From positions 1 through 49,992 of the forward strand of contig PUKV01000252.1 of the NCBI GenBank assembly GCA_003550645.1: a stretch of DNA of 49,992 nucleotides, read 5' to 3'. Position 1 is the stretch's first letter. Every line of letters starts with the position of its first letter. A model generated the notes under the pieces. That model made no database searches. It saw only the letters and a list, made by a program, of their open reading frames with translations, and was not told the origin of the DNA. This DNA is from Syntrophomonadaceae bacterium (GTDB taxonomy: Bacteria; Bacillota; Dethiobacteria; DTU022). Both the position numbers and the translations under genes were made by a program. Shown here piece by piece: positions 1-9,249 of this stretch.

Positions 1-785
1 GGGATGACCCCGACTTCGGTCATAATCCTGGGAACTAGATCAATTGCTGTTTCCAGGTCTTCAAATAAAACCATCATATCGGTCTTAGCCCTGGGCAATG
101 GAATTAACTTGACGATAATTTTGGTGAAAATACCCAGGGTTCCCTCTGATCCCACCATCAGCTGGACCATGTTGTAACCGGTAACATCTTTAACCCGTTT
201 GCCTCCATAAAAGGCAATTTCCCCTGAAGGCAGGACCACTTCCAACCCGAGGATATAACGGTTGGTAACACCGTACTTGATAGCCTTCCCGCCGCCGGCA
301 TTTTCAGCGACATTGCCGCCCAGATAGCAGGTTAAAAGGCTCATGGGATAACCGGCAAAAAAGAGCCCTTCTTTTTCCACGGCAGCGCTGAAATCGTTGG
401 TAATGATCCCCGGCTCCGCAATCGCCATCATGTTGGCCCTGTCAATTTCCAGGATCCGGTTCATCCGTTCCACGGAAAGAAGGATGCCGCCCATTACGGG
501 CACCCCGCCCCCGGAAAGTCCGCTTTTAGCACCCTGGGGAGTCACCGGAATTTTTTCCCGGTTGGCCAGCTTCATGATTGCCGCTATTTCTTCTGTGCTG
601 TTCGGCTTAACCACCACTTCCGGCAAACCGTGGTACATTTCTTCCGCCACTTCGTCATGGGAGTAGTCTTTTAGCTGTTCCTCGTCATCAACCAGGACAT
701 ACTTTTCACCGACAATACTTTTAAGTTCTTCCACCACTGCAGACGAGACAGGCCGGTAACCTGCCGCCTTTTGATCTTCAGACAT
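1..785 (-). CDS. FAD-linked oxidoreductase, GlcD/D-lactate dehydrogenase (LctD) family; runs off the window at its 3' end
   Basis: Not in the ORF track. Manual translation from ATG at 785 (AGGAGG RBS upstream): MSEDQKAAGYRPVSSAVVEELKSIVGEKYV...PEVVVKP...TPQGAKSGLSGG...LGGNVAENAGGGKAIKYGVT...VGSEGTLGIFT, which carries FAD_binding_4/FAD-oxidase motifs. Confidence 0.9.
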   Translation of the reverse strand, partial: MSEDQKAAGYRPVSSAVVEELKSIVGEKYVLVDDEEQLKDYSHDEVAEEMYHGLPEVVVKPNSTEEIAAIMKLANREKIPVTPQGAKSGLSGGGVPVMGGILLSVERMNRILEIDRANMMAIAEPGIITNDFSAAVEKEGLFFAGYPMSLLTCYLGGNVAENAGGGKAIKYGVTNRYILGLEVVLPSGEIAFYGGKRVKDVTGYNMVQLMVGSEGTLGIFTKIIVKLIPLPRAKTDMMVLFEDLETAIDLVPRIMTEVGVI

Positions 786-969
786 ACAATAACCTCCTAT
801 TCAATAATTTCTTTATCCTGCCAGATTTACTCAATCAACAATTACAAGGTTGCTGAAAAACTCGGCTTATACCTCGCTCCTGTTTAAGTTATAGCCATAA
901 ACTGCTGCAATAGAAGAACACCTTGCCCTGGTGGAATTTTCTGGTATAATGTTGATGTGGTTATCTGGC

Positions 970-999
970 ATGATGGTCGGCTGTATGATGGTCAGACCA
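970..999. promoter_or_regulatory. FadR-subfamily (LldR/LutR/PdhR-like) operator
   Basis: Palindrome TGGTCAGACCA at 989-999 plus a partial repeat (ATGATGGTC at 970-978 and 985-993). It lies upstream of the GlcD-like gene and next to a FadR-type regulator gene. Confidence 0.75.
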
Positions 1000-1013
1000 C
1001 TTTAGATATACTA

Positions 1014-1038
1014 ATACGACATTAAGTCGAGATATCCT
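1014..1038 (-). promoter_or_regulatory. SigH-like promoter for the GlcD-like gene
   Basis: Minus strand gaAGGA-N17-GTAT (one mismatch to GAAT), just upstream of the operator. Confidence 0.45.
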
Positions 1039-1098
1039 TCTTTAAAAATTATTTTTTTGTTACAGCAGATCTTTAAAACTGGTATTTCAGGATTTACT

Positions 1099-1800
1099 CT
1101 ACTCCCGGGCAGTTTCCTGCCAAACAAATTCCAGGTGCCTGTGGATGGCATTGCGGGCCTCTTCTGGATTTCTTTCCTCTACCGCTTTATATATATCACG
1201 GTGCTGCTGCTGCAGGATCTGGCGGTGTTCGGGCTTGGAGAACATTTTCTCGCGGCTTTCTCGCATCGTTTTTATAAGCAGGTCGGAGACCTTGCTCATT
1301 AAGTTTTGAAGGACCCGGTTACCGGTAGCTTCGCTCAATGCTACATGAAAAGAAGCATCTGCTTCTTCCCCCAGGTAGCCTCTTTGATAATCCTCTTCCA
1401 TCATGGACAAATACTCTTTCATTCTTTCAATTTGTCCCTCGGAAGCTCTTCCAGCAGCCAGGTATGCAGCTTCACCTTCCAAGATCCTTCTCACTTCAAG
1501 TAATTCAAAGGAAGTACCCTTTTCCATCAACAGCATCATGGTTAGCGGCTGGATTGCTTCCGCCGATCCGGAAACTGAACTTATAAAAGTTCCTTCACCG
1601 CTCTTGCTTTCCAGGATTCCCATCAATTCCAGGGCCAGGAAAGCTTCCCGTACTGAAGAACGGCTGACCTGGAGTTTTTCAGCCATTTCACGTTCCGACA
1701 TCAATTTATCGCCGGGCTTTAATTCGCCTTTCTCGATTAATTCCCGCAGCTGTTCGATAATTTCCGTATAAACCCGCTTACGTTTAATTGGTTGAAACAT
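1099..1800 (-). CDS. GntR family, FadR subfamily transcriptional regulator (LldR/LutR-like)
   Basis: wHTH (GELKPGDKLMSEREMAEKLQVSRSSVREA) plus FCD domain. Start moved to ATG 1800 (MFQPIK), which has GGAGAGTGAG upstream. Confidence 0.92.
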   Translation of the reverse strand: MFQPIKRKRVYTEIIEQLRELIEKGELKPGDKLMSEREMAEKLQVSRSSVREAFLALELMGILESKSGEGTFISSVSGSAEAIQPLTMMLLMEKGTSFELLEVRRILEGEAAYLAAGRASEGQIERMKEYLSMMEEDYQRGYLGEEADASFHVALSEATGNRVLQNLMSKVSDLLIKTMRESREKMFSKPEHRQILQQQHRDIYKAVEERNPEEARNAIHRHLEFVWQETARE

Positions 1801-1820
1801 CTTGGTTAAACTCACTCTCC

Positions 1821-1909
1821 GGAATATTGGGGACGGTTCTAAATATTCCACCTTACCGCTCAGCAGAACCAATCGGGTCCGGAATATTTAGAACCGTCCC
1901 CAATATTCC
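1821..1909. repeat. Perfect 29-bp inverted repeat made of two REP-like hairpin units
   Basis: GGAATATTGGGGACGGTTCTAAATATTCC (1821-1849) and its exact reverse complement (1881-1909). Each unit is itself an 8-bp stem-loop. Confidence 0.9.
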
Positions 1910-3154
1910 TTACATGGTGTGCATGTTGCTTAGGAATTCCTCGTTTGATTTAGTCTTTCTGAGCCGGTCCATCAGCTTCTCCAAGAATTCGATGCTGGTG
2001 CTGCTGCCCATGGCCCGGCGCAGGGCCCACATCAGTTCAATCTTGTGTTCATCAAGAAGCAGCTCTTCGCGGCGGGTCCCTGAGCGGGAAATATCGATAG
2101 CCGGGAAGATCCGGCGATCCGCGATGCGGCGATCCAGGTGCAGCTCCATGTTGCCCGTTCCCTTGAATTCTTCATATACGACATCGTCCATCCTGCTGCC
2201 GGTATCAACAATCGTCGTGGCCAGCACGGTAAGGCTGCCCCCCTGATCAATATTCCTGGCGGCCCCAAAGAAGCGTTTTGGTTTATAGAAAGCGCTGGGA
2301 TCTATCCCGCCGGACAGGGTCCTGCCACTCGGCGGTATAACCAGGTTGTAGGCCCGGGTGAGCCTCGTAATACTATCAATCAAGACGGCAACATCCCGGC
2401 CCTGTTCCACCAGGCGCTGGGATCTTTCAAGCACCAGCTCGGCCAGGCGGATGTGGTTCTCCGGCTTTTGGTCGAATGTTGAACTGACCACGTCGGCATC
2501 AACACTGCGTTCCATATCGGTAACTTCTTCCGGGCGCTCGTCGATCAGCAGTATAATCAGCTTGATTTCCGGCTGGTTGGATGAAATACTGTTGGCGAGC
2601 TGCTTCAAAAGCATAGTTTTCCCTGCTTTCGGCGGAGAGACGATCAAGCCGCGCTGTCCCCTGCCGATCGGAATCAGCAGGTCGATGATCCGGGTGGACA
2701 TGATATGAGACTGGGTTTCCATTTTAATCTGCTCATCGGGGTGGATGGGCACCAGTGAGGAAAAGGGCGGGCGACTGGACAACTTTTCCGGATCCTCTCC
2801 ATTGATCTCTTCCACCTGGAGAAGGGCATAGTAGCGTTCATTGTCTTTAGGCGGCCGGATCCGGCCGGAAATAATGTCCCCCGTCCTCATGTTGAAGCGG
2901 CGAATCTGGGATGCCGAAATATAAATATCATCTTCTGAAAAATGGTACTGCTTCCGCCGTAAAAAACCGAATCCATCCGGCATAATTTCCAGCATCCCTG
3001 AAGCGGTATGCTGTTCGCCGTTTTCAGAGAATAGCCTGGTAAGAGAGTCAATCAATTCCTGCTTGCGCATTGTTGACTGCCCTTTAATTTCATGTTCTTT
3101 TGCCAAACGATGCAGTTCATGTAATTTCATCGTTTGCAGGTTCTTTGTATCCAA
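1910..3154 (-). CDS. rho: Transcription termination factor Rho
   Basis: GFGFLR RNA-binding motif, GRGQRGLIVSPPKAGKT P-loop, DERPEEVTD and FKGTGNMEL. Probable TTG start at 3154 after AAGGTGGTG. Confidence 0.97.
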   Translation of the reverse strand: MDTKNLQTMKLHELHRLAKEHEIKGQSTMRKQELIDSLTRLFSENGEQHTASGMLEIMPDGFGFLRRKQYHFSEDDIYISASQIRRFNMRTGDIISGRIRPPKDNERYYALLQVEEINGEDPEKLSSRPPFSSLVPIHPDEQIKMETQSHIMSTRIIDLLIPIGRGQRGLIVSPPKAGKTMLLKQLANSISSNQPEIKLIILLIDERPEEVTDMERSVDADVVSSTFDQKPENHIRLAELVLERSQRLVEQGRDVAVLIDSITRLTRAYNLVIPPSGRTLSGGIDPSAFYKPKRFFGAARNIDQGGSLTVLATTIVDTGSRMDDVVYEEFKGTGNMELHLDRRIADRRIFPAIDISRSGTRREELLLDEHKIELMWALRRAMGSSTSIEFLEKLMDRLRKTKSNEEFLSNMHTM

Positions 3155-3188
3155 TTCAAAACACCACCTTTTTAAATTGCCACTACCT

Positions 3189-3218
3189 TTAATACTAAAG
3201 CGAAACATATGTCGTCAA
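3189..3218 (-). promoter_or_regulatory. Putative sigma-A promoter of rho
   Basis: Minus strand TTGACG-N18-TATTAA about 35 nt above the TTG start. Confidence 0.45.
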
Positions 3219-3871
3219 TTAGAACTCGCTGAGCCGCGGAGACAGTTCCATCGTTTTCCCTTCGACCTGCACTGCTCTTTGGAATGCTCGAGCTGACCCC
3301 CTGGCATCGCATGTAAGCTGGTATACCCATGTCATCGGAGCTTGTACTGACGGCCAGGAAAACTGGTCTGAAATAGCTATGCTAAAAAGCGGTTAAAGCT
3401 GCAATCCGATCTATAGCCCCGGCAAGCATTGTTCCAGCACCTACCAATAATACTGCAGCAGCAACAAACCGGAACACGACGGCACCAGTAACTTATCTAT
3501 CCCGCTTCTCCTTAAATATTTCTAATGGTTCTAGCTGGGTTATGTACTTGCGTTCATATCAGAAGACCAGCCGGCTGCTCATAGTATTTGCAACAGCAAT
3601 TCATTAAATCTCAGCCCCTATCCAGCCGACTGGAAACGGAGTTATACCAGGCCTGGCATGGATCATAGAAATTATGCATAGCATTCCCTGGAAGTTGAGC
3701 TGGCATTATAATTGCCTTAATCGCAATTAACAGCCGGGCGAAACAAGCTCTTATTCCTTTATGAGGGGACAGTATATTATCGCTTTATGTCATTATATCA
3801 GGTAAGCCTTCCTGGAATTGAGAAGTATTAAAAATACACCAATCATAACTTTCATATATGTTTCCGAGTTA

Positions 3872-3896
3872 ATTCTCTATTGTTTGAAATAATCCT
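3872..3896 (-). promoter_or_regulatory. SigH-type promoter
   Basis: Minus strand gcAGGA-N17-GAAT, the same layout as B. subtilis SigH promoters such as spoVG. Confidence 0.65.
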
Positions 3897-3966
3897 GCTG
3901 AAATCATAAAAAATATCATTATTTTTTTGCAAGAGCTAAAAAAAATATCTAAACGCGCCTTTTTCT

Positions 3967-4584
3967 TTATGCTTTTTTAATAAAAGGGTTGTCTTCAATT
4001 TCTTCACCAATTGTTGTAGCCGGTCCATGGCCCGGATATACGATCGTCTGTCCCGGCAATTTTACCAGGCGCTCATGAATGCTTCTCATTAAGCTGGAAT
4101 ATGATCCACCGGCGAGGTCGGTCCTTCCAATCGAGCCGGCAAAGAGAGTATCACCACAAAATACAACTTTCTCGTCATACAGGCATAATCCTCCGGGCGT
4201 ATGGCCCGGCGTTTCCATGATCTGCAAGGAGCATCGCCCAAAGTCAACACTGTCGCCTTCTTTGACAAACTGGTCCGGTTCGGGCTGTTTCCCAAGGACG
4301 ATCCGCAGTCCAAAGCCTGGATTTTTATATATTTCATAATCTTTCTCAGACAACAGGATCGGAACCGTTAATTCTTCCTTTAACTTTCCATTGGCTCCAA
4401 TATGATCTACATGGCCATGCGTGTTGACAATACAGGTAATTTCAAGGTCCATTCCTTTTACTATCTCCAGGATTCCTTTACCATCCGAGCCGGGATCAAT
4501 AACAATCCCTTTGCCGGTTTCCGGACATGAAACCAGGTAGCAGTTTGTAGCAAACATTCCAACTGTGATCTTTTTAACTTCCAT
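3967..4584 (-). CDS. MBL-fold metallo-hydrolase (glyoxalase II-like)
   Basis: THGHVDHIG motif, TPGHTPG, GDTLF and PGHG. Start MEVKK at 4584. Confidence 0.9.
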   Translation of the reverse strand: MEVKKITVGMFATNCYLVSCPETGKGIVIDPGSDGKGILEIVKGMDLEITCIVNTHGHVDHIGANGKLKEELTVPILLSEKDYEIYKNPGFGLRIVLGKQPEPDQFVKEGDSVDFGRCSLQIMETPGHTPGGLCLYDEKVVFCGDTLFAGSIGRTDLAGGSYSSLMRSIHERLVKLPGQTIVYPGHGPATTIGEEIEDNPFIKKA

Positions 4585-4642
4585 CGTCCTGGATTTAAGC
4601 TCCTTTATGCTGCGATTTTTCTTTCTTCTCCAGCTATGCTTT

Positions 4643-5599
4643 TCATCTGTTACAGATCCTTCTGATCGGTTTTTTTTGGTTCCCCCCTTCTGCAAGCAGT
4701 TCTTTTACCAGGGGTAGCAGGTCGGTCAAATCATTGAGATGGCGGCCCCGACCGCGCCGCAGGTATTCATCGCCAATCATCAACAGGGGAACCCGGTTTA
4801 AATTGTGATCCCGCCTTTTAACATCCTCCAGGTTACCATGATCGCTGGTCACAATTACCATCTCTTGATCTGGATCTATCTGTTCAGCCAGGCTGCCGAT
4901 AAATTGATCAAGCCTGGTTACCACCTGGCCGGCCTCATTACTGTCAGCCAAATGACCGGCCAGATCGCTCAAGAAGTATTCAAAAAGGCAGAAATCAAAT
5001 TTCCTGCTGATATTTAGAAGCTGTTGTGCGCCCTGTTCGGGAGTCAGCAGGGGCACATCGAACTGCATTCGCTGCAATACTTCATTGGTTATATCCATGT
5101 ATAACGCCCGGCCGGACTTAATATCTTCAAGGCTGTAAAAGGGAAGCCCACCATAATAAGTGGTCAGCGTCGAACAGGAGTAGCGGCACCCGGGAAGACC
5201 CCGGCGCAGTAGTTCAAAAAAGGGCGGCCTGTAGGCATTGGCAAAAGTGACCCTGTAACCGATCTGCTTTAACTGCTTGAATAGAGAGTTTTCAGCAATT
5301 AATTGCCGGAGCGAATTATTAGGAAAGCCGCGCAGGTGCCGGCCCAGGAAAGCAGCAGCGTTTACACCGGTAAATATTGAAGCCTGCCCGGTTGCGCTTT
5401 GCGGCAAGCCGTCAACTCCCAGGGTAGCATCGAGGCTGAAAAGCGAAGCTTTTAAGCTCTCATGATTAACTGCTTTACTTGTAAGGCGCTTCCCGTCAAG
5501 CAGCCTGGCAAGGCCGGGTGTCTCTGTATAGACAAAGGGATTACCGGCCTCCTGCTCACCAAGGCCAACACCATCGATGAAAATAAAGATCAGGCGCAA
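4643..5599 (-). CDS. Alkaline phosphatase superfamily metalloenzyme (phosphoglycerate mutase/phosphopentomutase-like)
   Basis: FIDGVGLG, LPQSATGQ, DLAGH and TSDHGN metal-binding motifs. TTG start at 5599 after GGAGG. Confidence 0.8.
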   Translation of the reverse strand: MRLIFIFIDGVGLGEQEAGNPFVYTETPGLARLLDGKRLTSKAVNHESLKASLFSLDATLGVDGLPQSATGQASIFTGVNAAAFLGRHLRGFPNNSLRQLIAENSLFKQLKQIGYRVTFANAYRPPFFELLRRGLPGCRYSCSTLTTYYGGLPFYSLEDIKSGRALYMDITNEVLQRMQFDVPLLTPEQGAQQLLNISRKFDFCLFEYFLSDLAGHLADSNEAGQVVTRLDQFIGSLAEQIDPDQEMVIVTSDHGNLEDVKRRDHNLNRVPLLMIGDEYLRRGRGRHLNDLTDLLPLVKELLAEGGNQKKPIRRICNR

Positions 5600-5649
5600 C
5601 TTTCGGCCTCCATTTATTCTTACCTGTTTCATTTTGCCTGGTTTTTTCA

Positions 5650-6813
5650 TTATTCCGGCAGCAGCGGTTCCTCGTTTAAATCACCGGGCCGTTCTTCAAA
5701 AGTGAGGGCCGTCTCTTTTTGCTCTCCATCCCGGTAGAAAACTATGTTAACCGTATCATCGGGATAGTAGTAGAGCATAATATCAAACAGCTGGGCCAGG
5801 AACTCGATGCCCTGGTCATCAATAGCGACGATAACATCTCCGGGTTCCAAGCCGGCTTCGTCGGCAGGGCTGTCGGGAACTACTTCAACCAGGTGCACAC
5901 CCATGTCAGGTTCCGGATCATCATAATCAAGCCAATCTTCGATCAGGACCCCCATATGGGGCCGCTGTACTTTACCATATTCCAGAAAGTCCCGGGCCAC
6001 ACGGTCCACGGTGTTACTGGGAACGGAAAACCCAATCCCTTCCACCCCGGGAAGGGCAATCTTAGCTGTATTGATGCCCACAACTTCACCATCAAGATTA
6101 ACCAGGGGACCGCCGCTGTTCCCGGGGTTTACAACCGCATCGGTTTGAATAAAAGTGTAAGCATAATCTGTACCTGGAATCATTACCTGGCGCTCAACTG
6201 CACTGATAATACCGGCAGTCACGCTTTGTTGGAGCCCCAGCGGATTACCGATGGCCAGGACGGTTTCCCCAACCCGACTTTGCCCGGAATCGGCAAGCGG
6301 TATATAGGTCAGGTCACTTTCATCGATATGCAGCAGGGCCAGGTCGGTCATAGTATCTGACCCCACCAGTTCGGCTTCAAAGATCCCCTTCTCCGGCATC
6401 ATGACCTGGATTTGCTCGGCGTTTTCAATTACATGGTGGTTGGTAATAATATAGCCATCGGCAGAGACTACCACTCCTGAACCCGATTCCTCTTGCTCAA
6501 ACTGCTGACCGCCAAAAGAGGCAACATCAAAACGGCTGCTAACCCCAACTACAGCGGGCATAACCTGTTCAACCACTGCGACAATTTCTTGATCCCTTTC
6601 CGGTGCCGGCAGGGGATCTTCTTCCGGCGGCTCGGTTTCCACTATTTCGGGAACAGCCTCTTCATTGGTAACAGGCACCAGGTAAAAGAAAAATAACCCG
6701 TAAACCAGGGCTGCGCCCAGTATAATGCCCAGGATACCAAAGGAAATATACCCGATGACAGTCCAGGCTCCTCCACGACTGGACCGGTTATTATAACCAT
6801 GGTAATGACTCAT
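5650..6813 (-). CDS. htrA: HtrA/DegP-family serine protease with PDZ domain (YycK-like)
   Basis: N-terminal TM helix, TNHHV, DLA, GNSGGPL catalytic motif and C-terminal PDZ. Confidence 0.93.
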   Translation of the reverse strand: MSHYHGYNNRSSRGGAWTVIGYISFGILGIILGAALVYGLFFFYLVPVTNEEAVPEIVETEPPEEDPLPAPERDQEIVAVVEQVMPAVVGVSSRFDVASFGGQQFEQEESGSGVVVSADGYIITNHHVIENAEQIQVMMPEKGIFEAELVGSDTMTDLALLHIDESDLTYIPLADSGQSRVGETVLAIGNPLGLQQSVTAGIISAVERQVMIPGTDYAYTFIQTDAVVNPGNSGGPLVNLDGEVVGINTAKIALPGVEGIGFSVPSNTVDRVARDFLEYGKVQRPHMGVLIEDWLDYDDPEPDMGVHLVEVVPDSPADEAGLEPGDVIVAIDDQGIEFLAQLFDIMLYYYPDDTVNIVFYRDGEQKETALTFEERPGDLNEEPLLPE

Positions 6814-7016
6814 GTAAATACATCCCTCCTGTTATTATCAGGCCGAATTAACAAAGATGATCAGCTTTCTGTATTAGTGCTGGATCATGGCTTTATTGCA
6901 GTAGAATAATTGCTGGCAATATTTCGGCTGAATACGCTTCCTGTAGCAGCCTGTAAAAGATAGTTTATAATAATTCGCTGGGATCGTAAAGAGGATAGTA
7001 GCTGCAGCAGCAGCTG

Positions 7017-8306
7017 TCAGTCAAGGCTGGTAGAGGAGCTGTCCAGGTTTTTTTCGCTCACCCGATGTATCGACGCTCCCAGACCGATCAGTTTTTTTTC
7101 AAAGTTTTCATAACCGCGGTCGATGTGTTCAACAGCACTAATTTGGCTTTTCCCTTCGGCAATCAAAGCCGCTATGATTAAGGCCGCTCCCGATCGAAGG
7201 TCATGGGCTGTAACAGGTGCTCCAGAAAGACGGCCGCCCCCTTCAATCAGCGCTGTACGGCCCTCTACTTTAATCCTGGCGCCCATCCTTTTTAGCTCAT
7301 CAACCTGGTTATAACGCCCGTCAAAAACGTTTTCAGTGATAACACTGAGGCCTCTGGCAGCAGTTAACATGACCATTCCGGGCGGCTGAAGATCTGTTGG
7401 AAACCCGGGATATGGAAATGTTTTCAAGTCTGAGGCACAAAGAGAGCCGGTAGACTCAACTTTAATCATTTCGGGTTCAACCTCCACACCGGCTCCTGCT
7501 TCCCGCAGCTTGGCGGTTATGGCTTCAAGGTGTTTGGGGATAACCTCTTCCACTTTGATGCTGCCGCCGGTGGCTGCAGCGGCAAGCATGAAAGTTCCGG
7601 CCTCAATCCTGTCCGGTATTACCGTATGGGAGGCCCCGTGCAATTCTTTCACCCCGTCAATCCTGATCACATCAGTCCCGGCCCCTCTTATCCTACCCCC
7701 CATAGCATTTAAAAAGTTGGCCAGATCAACAATTTCCGGTTCTTTGGCCACGTTCTCAAGTACAGTCCTGCCTTCAGCGGAAGAAGCGGCAAGCATCAGG
7801 TTTACAGTGGCACCAATACTCACTACGTCCAGGTAAATGTGAGCCCCTACCAGCTTTTCTGCAGAAAGGTTAATCATGCCATGTTCGATGTTGATATCTG
7901 CACCCAGGGCAGAAAACCCTTTCAGGTGCTGGTCAATGGGGCGCGGACCGAGATCACAACCACCGGGAATGGGGACTTCAGCCCGCCCAAAGCGGGCCAA
8001 AAGGCTGCCCATAAAATAATAGGATGCTCTCATCCTTTTAACCAGCTCATAAGAGGGGGCAACCCTTGCCAGGTTACCAGGGGTTAAATCCAGGGCATTT
8101 CGGCCGCGCCTGCGAATAGAAACCCCCAGGTTTTCCAGGATTTCAACCATTGTGCGAACGTCAGTTATATCAGGCAAGTTTTCCAGGTGGACATTATCTT
8201 TAGTTAAAACTACAGCCGGAAGGATTGCTACGGCGGCATTTTTAGAACCGCTTATTTTAACATTGCCTGATAAACTGGTATCGCCTTTTACAATAATACT
8301 TTCCAT
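7017..8306 (-). CDS. murA: UDP-N-acetylglucosamine 1-carboxyvinyltransferase
   Basis: SGSKNA, MRASYY, PGGCDLGPRPIDQH (catalytic Cys) and YPGFPTDLQ. Confidence 0.97.
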   Translation of the reverse strand: MESIIVKGDTSLSGNVKISGSKNAAVAILPAVVLTKDNVHLENLPDITDVRTMVEILENLGVSIRRRGRNALDLTPGNLARVAPSYELVKRMRASYYFMGSLLARFGRAEVPIPGGCDLGPRPIDQHLKGFSALGADINIEHGMINLSAEKLVGAHIYLDVVSIGATVNLMLAASSAEGRTVLENVAKEPEIVDLANFLNAMGGRIRGAGTDVIRIDGVKELHGASHTVIPDRIEAGTFMLAAAATGGSIKVEEVIPKHLEAITAKLREAGAGVEVEPEMIKVESTGSLCASDLKTFPYPGFPTDLQPPGMVMLTAARGLSVITENVFDGRYNQVDELKRMGARIKVEGRTALIEGGGRLSGAPVTAHDLRSGAALIIAALIAEGKSQISAVEHIDRGYENFEKKLIGLGASIHRVSEKNLDSSSTSLD

Positions 8307-8364
8307 AGTAACTTCAGTCGCCTCCGCTTCAATTATATCATTAAAACTACAGCCGGAATAGTAA

Positions 8365-9249
8365 TTAAAGCTGATCCGGAATTACTGCATCTTTTTCCAG
8401 GTTGCCGGTAAAAGCATTGACATAATAGTACTGATTATTGTCCAGCACGATCCGCCAGACCGGGGGGATCTCCCACTTTTCGGCATCATATTCCCCGCTA
8501 TAGTAACCAAGCTCAATTTGCTTAATAACTCTTTCCTCGCCACTGGGGCCAAGCTCTGAAACCAGGTTTTTCAACGCTTCTGCAGGTGAAATAACTTCCA
8601 TCTCCCGATGAGGACTCCGTTCAGCAGGTTCAAGCCAGTATATCTCGACAGCCTGAATATGATCATCTTTTAAGATTACCTTTAAATTTCCGGAAAATAC
8701 AGGAAGATCGCCCAACAGCTGATAATAATTGAGGGTCATACTGCCATCTTCCTTCTCTTCGAGGTAATTAAAATTAATCCCTTCGGGCAGCAACCCTTCT
8801 TCTTCCAGGAACACTTCTACCATTTCCTTTAATTCTCCCTGCTCAAGGGCGGATGCAGGCTCCTCCAGAGTTTCCCCTGCAGTGAAAAAAACCTGGAGCA
8901 AGCCGCTGCTATGAATAATTACCCGCATCTCTTCTGTCCTGTAATACGTTATATGTTCTGTTTTTTCAATTTGAACGCCGGTCTTTATCAGTTTGTATAG
9001 AAGATCATGTTTAATTTTCCAATCCGGGAATACGGTTATAAAATCACTGGTCCGGGTAGATCTATCAAATGAAGCATCAAGAGAATAATTGTTTGCAGCA
9101 AGCTTTTGCTCGGCCTCCCTGAGATCTTCGGCAGTAACGGCAACTTCCGTCAAACGCCCAAAATCGGGCCAAAAAAGTTGATAGCCCAAAAAGAAGTTTA
9201 ACCCGGTGAATGCAATAATGAGAATTAACTTGGCCCGGCCGAGGTTCAA
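8365..9249 (-). CDS. yycI: WalK regulatory protein YycI (WalI)
   Basis: N-terminal AKLILIIAFTGLNFFL TM segment, C-terminal IELGYY...PVWRI...VNA, and position after yycH. Confidence 0.8.
   Translation of the reverse strand: MNLGRAKLILIIAFTGLNFFLGYQLFWPDFGRLTEVAVTAEDLREAEQKLAANNYSLDASFDRSTRTSDFITVFPDWKIKHDLLYKLIKTGVQIEKTEHITYYRTEEMRVIIHSSGLLQVFFTAGETLEEPASALEQGELKEMVEVFLEEEGLLPEGINFNYLEEKEDGSMTLNYYQLLGDLPVFSGNLKVILKDDHIQAVEIYWLEPAERSPHREMEVISPAEALKNLVSELGPSGEERVIKQIELGYYSGEYDAEKWEIPPVWRIVLDNNQYYYVNAFTGNLEKDAVIPDQL

Noticed and set aside
1801-1872. N-terminal extensions given by the ORF track for the regulator (1872), rho (3208), MBL hydrolase (4695), dnaN (34420) and carboxyltransferase (47537)
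   Set aside because: Downstream starts have better RBSs and match family N-termini; the regulator extension runs through the inverted repeat
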